A stretch of 46,730 nucleotides of DNA, the filler included, from Candidatus Latescibacterota bacterium (lineage in GTDB: Bacteria > Latescibacterota > UBA2968 > UBA8231), in the NCBI GenBank assembly GCA_965219385.1. It is 2 parts of one record of this genome, joined end to end, with 100 filler letters (N's around TTAATTAATTAA, not from the genome) between each part and the next. Parts side by side here need not be neighbours in the genome. Positions count along the whole stretch, not along the records: positions 1 to 28,975 come from CBDCNM010000001.1; 1 more part is not named here. One strand, 5' to 3'. Below are positions 8,386 to 16,609 of this stretch, one piece after another. Numbering within the stretch: position 1 is the stretch's first letter; each line of letters begins with the position of its first letter. Under the pieces are notes generated by a model. The model was not told where the DNA came from and searched no databases. It saw only the letters and a program-made list of their open reading frames with translations. The position numbers and the translations under genes were made by a program.

Positions 8386-10248
8386 CTACTGCAAAGACGC
8401 GAGAAACATACTCATATCCGCGATCCATATACTGTACTTGTCGGTCCATATACTGTTAAGGTAGGTGGTGCCGGCGCCGCGGGCGAACAGGACCTGAAGG
8501 CCGTCCGGGGAATATCGGGGCCTGGATCCGGCTCCCAGCATTTCTAGTTGCCGCGCGGGCGCGTCTCCGGTGGAAGAGATGCTCCAGATCCGCGTGATTC
8601 CGGTGATGTCTTTGCGGCTGAAAAGGATCTTGCGGCCGTCCGGAGACCAAGTGGGGGCTGCTCCCTCGGTCAGGTGGGTGGCCTCGCCGCCTGAGACCGG
8701 GTACACCCAGATATTCCAGGGTCCAACATCGCCCTCGCCTGCCTGTGTCCTGCCGGAGACAAAGGCGATGTTTGCCCCGTCGGGGGACCAGTTCGGGCCC
8801 CATTCGATGCTCGGCCAGTCCACCAGGCGCTCGGCAACCCCCCCGGCGGCCGGCACCACCCAGATATCCCATTGGCCGCCCTTGTTCGAGGTGTAGGCGA
8901 TCCGGCGGCTGTCCGGCGAAAAGCTCATCCAGAAGTCGCTGCCGGAGACCGTAAGAGTGATGCGCCGGGCCTGCCCGCCCTCAGCCGGCACCACCCACAC
9001 GTTGCTCTGGCCGTCTTTTTCCGAGTTGAAGGCAATCAGCTTGCCGTCCGGGGAGAAGCTAAGCGCAGCAAATCTGTCTGCGACCAGCCCTCCCTGGGTG
9101 AGTTGCACGGCTTCTCCTCCGGCGGCCGGCATCTTCCAGATATCCCGGCCCTCGGGACCTTGCCTGACAAAGGCGATCCAGCGGCCGTCCGGCGAAAAAT
9201 GCCCGCCCGTAAAAGGGGTGACCTCATCGTCGGTGAGCAGGGTCGGCCCCCCACCTGTGGCCGGCCCGATCCAGAGTTCGTCTGCCGAGGAGAAGCCGAA
9301 CGAATCGAAGGTCAACAGCCTGCCATCCGGGGACCAGCGGGGACCAAAAAAAGCCTGGTCCGGGGTGTTGGGGCGTTCCAGGGGAATGCCGCCGGTGGCG
9401 GGCATGATCCACAGGCCCATGTACTGGTTCCTCCTCTTGGAAATAAAGGCGATCCACTCCCCGTCCGGCGAAAAGCTGGGGTTCCAGTTGCCCACAGCAT
9501 CGGTGGTGAGGGGTCGGGCCTGGCCGCCGCTGGCGGGTATGATCCACAGATCGGTCCGGCCGGAGCGCCTGAAGGAGTCTGCCGCGTTGAAGGCGATGAA
9601 GCGGCCGTCGGGCGACCAGTCGGGGTCCCCCACGTAGCCAAAACCGGTATTGAGGGGCCGGGCCGGGCCGCCGCTGGCGGGTATGATCCACAGGTCGTAG
9701 TGGTCGTCCCGGGTCGAAGAAAAGACGATTTCCTCGCCGTCCGGGGACCAGGCGGCCGGGAGACCCCTGCCGATTTCGCTATACAGTTCGTCCGCGTCGG
9801 TGGTGATGCGTTCAAGGATCTTGTTCTGGTCGAAGGACGCGACCGTCCACAGGTTCCAGTGGCCGCCCCGGTCGGAGGCGAAAAGGAGTTTCTGTCCGTC
9901 GGGCGACCAGCGGGGCACCCGGTCCACGGCCGGGGCGTGGGTGCTCTGGCGGGCCTGGCCGTCGGAGACCCTTTTGATCCAGATATCCCGGTTGCCGCTG
10001 CGGTCCGAATTGAAGGCGATCCACTCCCCGTCCGGGGACCAGTCTGGATTGCGGTTCCGGCCCGCGTCACTGGTGAACTGGCCCGAGGTGGGGGTTTGGG
10101 GCAGGATGGCCTGCTCTTGTTCCCCAAGCATGAATTCAAAACCGTTCTTGGTACAGGAGAGGAAGGTGAGGGAGAGCAACAGGGCCGCGAAGGGGATCAT
10201 CGCTACGATGGTGATGATGAGGGTGGTGGCGAATAGTGTGCGTGCCAT
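8386..10248 (-). CDS. TolB-like PD40 (WD40-like) repeat beta-propeller protein, probable lipoprotein
   Basis: About 12 (W/F)SPDG..IAF..IW..PA.GG repeats; hydrophobic N-terminus ending FLSC; AGGAGG SD. Confidence 0.9.
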   Translation of the reverse strand: MARTLFATTLIITIVAMIPFAALLLSLTFLSCTKNGFEFMLGEQEQAILPQTPTSGQFTSDAGRNRNPDWSPDGEWIAFNSDRSGNRDIWIKRVSDGQARQSTHAPAVDRVPRWSPDGQKLLFASDRGGHWNLWTVASFDQNKILERITTDADELYSEIGRGLPAAWSPDGEEIVFSSTRDDHYDLWIIPASGGPARPLNTGFGYVGDPDWSPDGRFIAFNAADSFRRSGRTDLWIIPASGGQARPLTTDAVGNWNPSFSPDGEWIAFISKRRNQYMGLWIMPATGGIPLERPNTPDQAFFGPRWSPDGRLLTFDSFGFSSADELWIGPATGGGPTLLTDDEVTPFTGGHFSPDGRWIAFVRQGPEGRDIWKMPAAGGEAVQLTQGGLVADRFAALSFSPDGKLIAFNSEKDGQSNVWVVPAEGGQARRITLTVSGSDFWMSFSPDSRRIAYTSNKGGQWDIWVVPAAGGVAERLVDWPSIEWGPNWSPDGANIAFVSGRTQAGEGDVGPWNIWVYPVSGGEATHLTEGAAPTWSPDGRKILFSRKDITGITRIWSISSTGDAPARQLEMLGAGSRPRYSPDGLQVLFARGAGTTYLNSIWTDKYSIWIADMSMFLASLQ

Positions 10249-10295
10249 GAGGGGCCTCCTTTTGTTTTTTCTTATTGCTTCTGCCCTTTTTTAAT

Positions 10296-10311
10296 AGCAA
10301 GGGCCGTGCCA
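10296..10311 (-). promoter_or_regulatory. Sigma-54 (-24/-12) promoter of the PD40 gene
   Basis: Minus strand TGGCAC-GGCCC-TTGCT. Confidence 0.85.
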
Positions 10312-10364
10312 AGAGGGGAACGGCGTGGTTTCAGAGGCTATTTTACATGGAGTATATATAATTA

Positions 10365-10530
10365 AAACAGATGGTTATGGTTTTTTACAGCAAAGGATTT
10401 CGAGGGTGGATCGCACAATGAGGAAGTGACAAAAAAATGGACAGAACGATTGGCATTTTAATACATAACATATTGTAAATTATATATATTTCTCTAGCGT
10501 CAATAATTTTGTCGGAAGTGACAAAAAAAT
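10365..10530. promoter_or_regulatory. IHF-like site plus upstream enhancer motifs (copy B)
   Basis: AAACAGATGGTTA at 10365-10377; GGAAGTGACAA at 10422; palindrome TTTTGTC-N6-GACAAAA at 10507-10526. Confidence 0.65.
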
Positions 10531-10557
10531 AGCCGTCTGTACAGCCCGGACAACCGT

Positions 10558-10725
10558 CCGACCTATGTGGAGTGGCTGCAAGCCATCCCGCGCGAAGAAC
10601 AGTTTACCAATGCTGTCGTCATTGGCGAATTGTACAAAGGCGCCTTTCGCTCTCCGGTGCGGGATCGCCATCTTGCCGTATCCAGGAACGCATTCTGCCG
10701 AGGGTGACGGTCCTGCCTCACTTCG
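10558..10725 (+). pseudogene. VapC/PIN toxin internal fragment
   Basis: YVEWLQAIPREEQFTNAVVIGELYKGAFRS..RDRHL, frameshift near 10678, then IQERILPRVTVLP. Confidence 0.7.
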
Positions 10726-10796
10726 TTCGTTTGGATATTTATTCGGCTTTTTAGACTATATCAACTGGGCGCCGGAGGGGTTGCACCGGGCCTTGC

Positions 10797-10825
10797 TTGA
10801 CGTGGACCGGCCGGTTGTGTATTAT
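10797..10825 (+). promoter_or_regulatory. Sigma-70-type promoter of the response regulator gene
   Basis: TTGACG-N17-TATTAT, 12 nt before ATG 10838. Confidence 0.6.
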
Positions 10826-10837
10826 GTATAGAAGTTT

Positions 10838-11206
10838 ATGAAACATATTCTCGTCATAGACGAAGACGACGATCTCCTTTTTAGCAGAGTACTGGCGCAA
10901 CTACTGGAGGGCTGTGGTTATAAGGTCACCCTTGCCCACAGCGGTGAAGAAGGGATAAAACTCTGCCGGAAGGAACGGCCCGATCTTGTCATCACCGACC
11001 TCATCATGCCTGCGAAGAATGGCCTGGAAACCATTGCGGAACTCCAGAGCGAATTTCCAGACCTCAAGTTTATCGCCATCTCCGGCGGGGATTTCCAGGG
11101 TCTTTTCCAAGCCCGCAAGCTCGGTGCCCGCCACACCTTTGTCAAACCCTTTGATACAGAGGAACTCCTGGAGACCATCGAGGAGGAATTGAGAATGTCC
11201 GTCTGA
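10838..11206 (+). CDS. Single-domain response regulator (receiver)
   Basis: ILVIDED, DLVITDLIMP..NGLE, ISG, KPF. Confidence 0.92.
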   Translation: MKHILVIDEDDDLLFSRVLAQLLEGCGYKVTLAHSGEEGIKLCRKERPDLVITDLIMPAKNGLETIAELQSEFPDLKFIAISGGDFQGLFQARKLGARHTFVKPFDTEELLETIEEELRMSV

Positions 11207-11255
11207 TGGACTCTTTCCTTTTGTGCTACCTCCTACAAAACGAAATGAGTGAATC

Positions 11256-12107
11256 ATGTATGGCAACGCCAACGACCAGGAAAATATCGTAAACCTTTAC
11301 TTTAATGATATCGCGGCCTCCACTCCCTTGTCCCGAGAGCGGGAAGTGGAGCTGGCGGCCCAGATTAAAGAAGGGGATATGCAGGCGCGCAACGAACTGG
11401 TGCAGGCCAACCTGCGCTTTGTCGTCGATGTGGCCAAGCACTACCAGAATCGCGGTCTGTCGCTTTCCGATCTGATTGCCTCCGGCAATCTGGGTCTGAT
11501 GATCGCGGCCGAACGCTTCGATGGCACCAAGGGCTACAAGTTTATTTCCTATGCAGTGTGGTGGATCAGGCAGTCCATTCTCCAGGCCCTGGCCGAGCAC
11601 GTTCGCACCGTGCGCTTGCCCCTCAACAAACTGAGCCTGCTCAAGGACATTTCCAAGGCTTCGAGGCGGCTGAGGCAGGGAGGCGAGGGAGATCCCGATA
11701 TGGAAGAAATAGCCGAGGAACTGGACGTGCCGGTGGATCAGATCGCCGATGCCATGCTCAGCGCCCGTCCCGTGCGTTCCCTCGACGAAGCTTTCGAAGA
11801 CGACGACAAGCGCACTCTGATGAATACCCTGGTCGATACCCTGCAGGAATCTCCCGACACCGATTTGCTGCACGAATCGGCCAGAGGACAGGTCGATAGC
11901 ATTTTGTCCAACCTGGCCGAGCGGGAGCAATTCGTCATCCGGCGGTATTTTGGTCTGGATGGGGACGAAGCGCTTACCCTGGACCGGATCGGTAGTCTGA
12001 TAGGGGTGACCCGTGAGCGGGTGCGTCAGATCAAGGAGGGTGCCCTGAGCAAGCTGCGCTATACATCGCGCGCTCAGGCTCTGAAAGCCCTGGCTGAGGA
12101 CGTATGA
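11256..12107 (+). CDS. RNA polymerase sigma-70 factor, RpoD/RpoS-like without region 1.1
   Basis: ANLRFVVDVAK, GYKFISYAVWWIRQSI, VRLPLN, GVTRERVRQI. Confidence 0.93.
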   Translation: MYGNANDQENIVNLYFNDIAASTPLSREREVELAAQIKEGDMQARNELVQANLRFVVDVAKHYQNRGLSLSDLIASGNLGLMIAAERFDGTKGYKFISYAVWWIRQSILQALAEHVRTVRLPLNKLSLLKDISKASRRLRQGGEGDPDMEEIAEELDVPVDQIADAMLSARPVRSLDEAFEDDDKRTLMNTLVDTLQESPDTDLLHESARGQVDSILSNLAEREQFVIRRYFGLDGDEALTLDRIGSLIGVTRERVRQIKEGALSKLRYTSRAQALKALAEDV

Positions 12108-12304
12108 AAGCACCGGAGATTCGCTTTAAGCGAGAAAGTGTCGAAGAGCTGTTGGAAGAGCGCAAGCCGGGTATGGAGGCTGTCACCTACCAGCAGGTTA
12201 AAAAGACCATTGATCGGGGGGCGGATGGGCTGGATCCGTACACCTTGTCGAATCTGTGCCGCGACTTGAAGTGCCTGCCCACGGATATTGTTGAATTTTC
12301 GTAG
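12104..12304 (+). CDS. Small protein with Cro/C1 (HTH_26)-like C-terminus
   Basis: ATGA overlap with sigma stop; ends TLSNLCRDLKCLPTDIVEF. Confidence 0.65.
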   Translation: MKAPEIRFKRESVEELLEERKPGMEAVTYQQVKKTIDRGADGLDPYTLSNLCRDLKCLPTDIVEFS

Positions 12305-12506
12305 AAGCAGTAAAAAAGGGCACGCGTGCTTAGTACTACTCCGTCGATTGTCGATAAGATATGCTATCTTTCCGCAAGACAGGAGGCTGGACCAGGCGCG
12401 TGGATGGGCCTTGCCCCACAAGACGACGGCGCAGGGGCTGTCGTCTTTAGGCGACAGGGGAAGCACGGTAGTCTTGGCCGCACGGCCAAAGCCAAGGAGA
12501 CACGTT

Positions 12507-12710
12507 ATGACGGAGCTTACAGAGCGAGTCGCCCGATTAGAAGGAGCTTCTGAGCACCTAGCCACGAAGGCCGATATACAAGATTTGAACGCCAACTTGA
12601 CAGAGAAAATCTCGACGGTGGAGAAAGAGATAGCGCAGCTAAAAGGCAGTGCGAAGACGCTGGCGACGGGGATTAGTGTGGGTCTGGTGGTGGTTCAACT
12701 CATTCTTTAG
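12507..12710 (+). CDS. Small coiled-coil protein with C-terminal membrane anchor (DUF1640/CCDC90-like)
   Basis: AAGGAG SD; LATKADIQDL motif, heptads, hydrophobic tail GISVGLVVVQLIL. Confidence 0.65.
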   Translation: MTELTERVARLEGASEHLATKADIQDLNANLTEKISTVEKEIAQLKGSAKTLATGISVGLVVVQLIL

Positions 12711-12794
12711 TACGCCCTCCCATAGCCTACTTGACCAGAGACGTAGTTTATAAGCGCTACCTTTTCCCGCGGTCAAAAAGCGCGGAGGTTCACC

Positions 12795-14780
12795 GTGAAG
12801 CCGATCCAGGTTGTTTCCCTCGTTCTACTGCTTCTCCTTTCTAGCTGTAGCAAAGACCAGCCCCTCAAACCCTCCCAACCTCCAACCCTTACAGATCCGT
12901 CCGGCAAGATCCTGGCCCTGCCCTGGGCGCGGATAGAGCCGGATCCGTCAACCGTGGCAATGGTGGCGGATAGTACCTGGCACACCTTCCAGGTCCATAC
13001 CGACGCCGAGTCGTTGCGGGTCAAGGTCAATACCGACAGTGTGGACGTGATCCTTGAGTTGGCCACGGGCAGCCGGGCGCCCATATCGAGCTATTGTCCG
13101 GGCGAGCCCAACGACGAGAAGAAGCGCAAGGCCGCCATTCGCAACGGGATGGTGGTACATCTCCAGGTCTGCGGCGAGGGCACCGGCGAGATCGTTCTGG
13201 AGGAGTATGTCTACGATCACCCCTTGACGCACTATACCGTCCAGATAGCGCCGCCTCCCGGCGAAGTGGCGCAGTATGGTCCGGGCTCGGTGGCCAGCGA
13301 CCGGGCTGTCCTGACGGCGTTGTATGACAGCCTGCGTACGGGCTCGGGCTATACGTCTAGGTACCTGCGGGAGCGGAAGTGGGGCTCTTCGTCCTCCCTG
13401 GCGAAGTGGTATGGCGTCGAGGTGGATGCCGAAGGGCGGGTTGTCGGGCTGGACCTGAGCTACGAAAAGTTTGGGATAGCGGGGCCCCTGCTTGCTGAAT
13501 TGGCACGCCTGGACCGGCTGATAGAATTACGCGCGTCTTGTCTTTGGGGGCCTATGCCGCCCGAGTGGGGCCAACTGGAGCGGCTTGAAGTTCTGGACGT
13601 GGTCGGCCAGGGGCCCATCCCAGAGGAGTGGAGTCAACTGGAACGGCTCCGCTATCTCAAATTGTCGCAAGTAACCCGGGTACCGGAGACGCTGGGCAAC
13701 TTGACGGCGCTGGACACCCTCATACTGCGGGTTCCCTGGGATGGCACTCACCCGCAGCCTGCGTTTGAGGTACCCCTGCCGGATCGGCTCTTTGAAGGGA
13801 TGGACCGGCTCAAATACGTGCAGATCTTAGGTCAAGCCGGTCCGTTGCCTATGTCCTTGGGCCAATTGCCGGCCCTCGAGGTGCTCTACATTGAACGCTA
13901 TGATTTTCAGATCTGGTCTCTGCCGGACGGTTGGGGGGCCGGCTTGACGGCGCTGAAAGAGTTTGATGCCCTGGGCCACTCCGGACCGGTTCCGCCCGAA
14001 TGGAGCGCGTGGACGCAGGTGCGTAAGATCCAGGCCGGGCCGTTTGAAGGGCCCTTGCCGGCCGAATGGGGCGCGCTTGAACAGCTGGAAATACTTCGAG
14101 TACCCAACTTTTTTGAGCACTACGCCGGGCGTTTGACCGGGCCGTTGCCGACTGAGTGGGCGGGTATGACCGCACTGAAAGAATTGTACTTGCCCGATCA
14201 CGAGTTGACCGGGCCGCTGCCGGCCGAATGGTCGGCGATGCAGAATTTAGAGGAGGTGCGCCTGGAGGAGAATCTCTTAGAGGGGCCCCTGCCGGCCTCC
14301 TGGGGGACACTGGGAAACTTGCGCCTTCTTCACCTGGACTACAACCCGATCTCGGGGCCGCTCCCCGAGGCCTGGTCCGGCATGGCGCGTCTGGAAGAGC
14401 TCTATTGTGAGGGGTGTGAACTGACGGGGCCCATTCCCCAAAGCTGGGCCGAGATGACGGCGTTGCAAAAGTTGAACCTGAAGGGCAACAGCCTCTCCGG
14501 TGAGATCCCGGACATCTGGCAGGGTATGTCCAACCTGGAGGTCTTGGTCCTGGGGGGAACCTTCACGGGTGAACTGCCCCAAAGCCTGGGCTACGCGGCG
14601 CAACGGGCCTGGCACCGGCGCTGGCCGTATAGCTACTTTTCGTTCTCGGTGTCGAATGAGGACCGGACTTTGACCGGGTGTGCGCCGGTCGGCTTGCGCC
14701 GGCCGGATCTCAACCCGGCCGACAGCCGGTATCACAGCGGATCAAGGCTGCCGTTCTGCGACTGGGCTAGCTTGTACTAA
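12795..14780 (+). CDS. Leucine-rich repeat lipoprotein (plant-type 24-aa LRR)
   Basis: Lipobox LSSC; ASDRAVLTALY..W..WYGV cap; repeats such as LTGPLPAEWSAMQNLEEVRLEENL. Confidence 0.9.
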   Translation: MKPIQVVSLVLLLLLSSCSKDQPLKPSQPPTLTDPSGKILALPWARIEPDPSTVAMVADSTWHTFQVHTDAESLRVKVNTDSVDVILELATGSRAPISSYCPGEPNDEKKRKAAIRNGMVVHLQVCGEGTGEIVLEEYVYDHPLTHYTVQIAPPPGEVAQYGPGSVASDRAVLTALYDSLRTGSGYTSRYLRERKWGSSSSLAKWYGVEVDAEGRVVGLDLSYEKFGIAGPLLAELARLDRLIELRASCLWGPMPPEWGQLERLEVLDVVGQGPIPEEWSQLERLRYLKLSQVTRVPETLGNLTALDTLILRVPWDGTHPQPAFEVPLPDRLFEGMDRLKYVQILGQAGPLPMSLGQLPALEVLYIERYDFQIWSLPDGWGAGLTALKEFDALGHSGPVPPEWSAWTQVRKIQAGPFEGPLPAEWGALEQLEILRVPNFFEHYAGRLTGPLPTEWAGMTALKELYLPDHELTGPLPAEWSAMQNLEEVRLEENLLEGPLPASWGTLGNLRLLHLDYNPISGPLPEAWSGMARLEELYCEGCELTGPIPQSWAEMTALQKLNLKGNSLSGEIPDIWQGMSNLEVLVLGGTFTGELPQSLGYAAQRAWHRRWPYSYFSFSVSNEDRTLTGCAPVGLRRPDLNPADSRYHSGSRLPFCDWASLY

Positions 14781-14821
14781 CTGGAGGGAATCTTCTCTAC
14801 GCCTAATCCACGAGGTGTATT

Positions 14822-15049
14822 ATGGTTGATCGGGTTGAGGTTCATCAGGTCGAGGGCTATAGACTTTTTCTAGAAGGTCAGGATCTGTCTGGGGGGGTGG
14901 CGGTAGTCCGCTTTCAGCTGAGAAGCATAGAAAAAGACGGCGGCCTTGGACCGTTAGAATCTCTTCACCTTCAGTTTTCGAATTTGGAAGAAGCAATAGG
15001 TTTCTTTCGTCGTCTTGCTAACCGTATGGATTCTCTAAGAAGCTGTTGA
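14822..15049 (+). CDS. Hypothetical protein; stop codon supplied by MITE end
   Basis: GAGGTG SD; last codons AGA AGC TGT TGA overlap the MITE terminal repeat. Confidence 0.5.
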   Translation: MVDRVEVHQVEGYRLFLEGQDLSGGVAVVRFQLRSIEKDGGLGPLESLHLQFSNLEEAIGFFRRLANRMDSLRSC

Positions 15050-15178
15050 GTTATTCGGAATACTCTGCAAAAAAGAGCTGGTTTCAGCCGTATAAGCCCC
15101 ATTTTGCAGGTCCGCCGGGTGCTGAAATCCCGTAAAATCGCCCGATTCTACGGATATTCGTTTTAGCTCAACAGCTTC
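15039..15178. mobile_element. MITE copy 1 (140 bp, IS5-family-like ends)
   Basis: TIRs GAAGCTGTTGAGTTA / TAGCTCAACAGCTTC; TAA duplicated on both flanks; near-identical copy at 18895-19036. Confidence 0.85.
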
Positions 15179-15362
15179 TAAGGTAATCAATACACCCACA
15201 AAGAACAAGCCTTCCAAGTAGCCCCTCCCCATTTCAAACGGACACACTACCTGTTTGTGGGTTTTGTATCACTATGAATAACGTATGGTCTCAGTTTTGC
15301 TGTGCTTGCAATGGCGGCACGGTTTTTGAAACGAGAAAAGGAGCTTGAGATGACTACGGAAA

Positions 15363-15496
15363 TTACTGAGGTGACGCCGGCGACGGAGGCGGGGGTGACG
15401 GATCGATTGCACAGCTTGGGGGAGTTGGTGGCGTTGATCCGGCAGGCGTATCCGAAGCCGAACCGACCGAAGACGTATCGGAAACGAGGAGAATAA
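15363..15496 (+). pseudogene. IS1-like transposase C-terminal remnant
   Basis: VTPATEAGVTDRLHSLGELVALI..PKPNRPKTYRKR resembles the TPAM.AG.TD..W tail of IS1-like transposases; end-like ATTTCAAACGGACACACTACC at 15231-15251. Confidence 0.6.
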
Positions 15497-15553
15497 CCAT
15501 GCGTTCTACACTTCTAGGCCTGGTCAAACGGCTTGAAATATTGCTTTCTAAAA

Positions 15554-15784
15554 CTAAAGATTATTAAGAAAATCCTCTATTCCAACATTTGCCTGTTTTA
15601 ACACGGATCTCAATGTTCCCTTAGCCAGTGTTGAATGATCGGGTATAGTTGTCACATCATTTTCTTCTGGTCCAGGCCGCCGAATAAACATATGACTGCC
15701 TTTTTGCCTTACAAATGTGAAACCAAGGCGCTTGAATGCTGCCAAGGCTTCCTGACCAGAAACATCGCTTGGGAGCTTAGGCAA
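15554..15784 (-). CDS. hicA: HicA family toxin
   Basis: GFTFVRQKGSHM, TIPDHSTLAKGTLRSVLKQA; TTG start overlaps hicB stop. Confidence 0.9.
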   Translation of the reverse strand: MPKLPSDVSGQEALAAFKRLGFTFVRQKGSHMFIRRPGPEENDVTTIPDHSTLAKGTLRSVLKQANVGIEDFLNNL

Positions 15785-15986
15785 CGCTAAATCTTTTTGA
15801 GATGATACTGGAAATATCGGTTTGTTTGTCATTCTCGTCCACTTCTTCCATAAAAAGCTTGGTGGCCTCCTTCAGATTGGCAAGCGCATCTTCCTCGGTG
15901 CGGCCTTGACTGACGGTCCCCAATTCGGGGCAATCGGCAACAAACCAGCTATCTTCTTTTCTAATTATAGCCGTAAGTTCCGTCAT
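15777..15986 (-). CDS. hicB: Short HicB family antitoxin
   Basis: WFVADCPELGTVSQGRTEEDALANLKEATKL; AGGAG SD; no DNA-binding domain. Confidence 0.9.
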   Translation of the reverse strand: MTELTAIIRKEDSWFVADCPELGTVSQGRTEEDALANLKEATKLFMEEVDENDKQTDISSIISKRFSVA

Positions 15987-16059
15987 TTTCTTTTCTCCTG
16001 CTTGGAAGATAACAGTTAAACAGTTATTAAGATCAAGCTTTTTATATATTAGGTTATAT

Positions 16060-16087
16060 AAGATAAAGAATTCCTGCTTTCTGTCAA
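16060..16087 (-). promoter_or_regulatory. Putative hicBA promoter
   Basis: TTGACA-N16-TATCTT on minus strand. Confidence 0.45.
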
Positions 16088-16135
16088 GGGAAAAATACGC
16101 TAACTTGTTGTGCGGACTTGCGTTAAGGCAGGGGT

Positions 16136-16207
16136 TTATCCACATAGTTATTCACATTTCCGTGTGGATAATTTCATGCTGGATGTTAATAAGTTGAGTT
16201 ATCCACA
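16136..16207. promoter_or_regulatory. DnaA-box cluster
   Basis: TTATCCACA 16136, TTATTCACA 16148, TGTGGATAA 16163, TGTTAATAA 16184 (degenerate), TTATCCACA 16199. Confidence 0.8.
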
Positions 16208-16301
16208 CTAGTCTGCGGGGACATTACTCAGCGTACGGTAGTGGGGTAGTATTTACAAATTACGCCGGTCGGTGTATAGGTAGGGTTGCAAGGTGAAAAA
16301 G

Positions 16302-16330
16302 TTGACACCAGCGCACGCGTGGCCTATCTT
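16302..16330 (+). promoter_or_regulatory. Sigma-70-type promoter of a small transcript
   Basis: TTGACA-N17-TATCTT. Confidence 0.6.
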
Positions 16331-16336
16331 GGAAGA

Positions 16337-16484
16337 AGTGTCCATTGGCCCTGCTGGAAGCTAAAGGAGGCGCACGATGATGTAAGAAAGGAGGTGGTTT
16401 CTTGAAACTAAATTTGTGATTTAAGCGCTGGCCCCCAGCTCTCCGCTCGACATATCCGAGCCGCCGGGCCAGCGTTATCTTTTC
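16337..16484 (+). ncRNA. Candidate small RNA or minigene transcript
   Basis: Between promoter and hairpin CGCTGGCCC/GGGCCAGCG + TTATCTTTT; contains two AAGGAGG sites each followed by a micro-ORF. Confidence 0.4.
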
Positions 16485-16609
16485 TACTCCTTTAAGGAAC
16501 CCTTGCAAGCCCTCTACTACATTCATCCTCGTCGTCCTCCTCGTATCCGTCTCCTTCAGGTTCGGCCTCTTCTTCGGGAGGCTCATCCTTCACGAGCTCT
16601 AACGGCAAC

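Noticed and set aside
8424..8456. TCCATATACTGT repeated at 21-nt spacing
   Set aside because: Small in-frame duplication at the PD40 gene's 3' end; no sign of function.
10780..10797. Third sigma-54-like site (TTGCAC-N6-TTGCT)
   Set aside because: Lacks the invariant GG and has the wrong spacing.
8386..14780. CRISPR-like or DGR-like repeats
   Set aside because: Repetition is explained by PD40 and LRR protein repeats; no constant repeat-spacer array, cas gene or reverse transcriptase was seen in the window.
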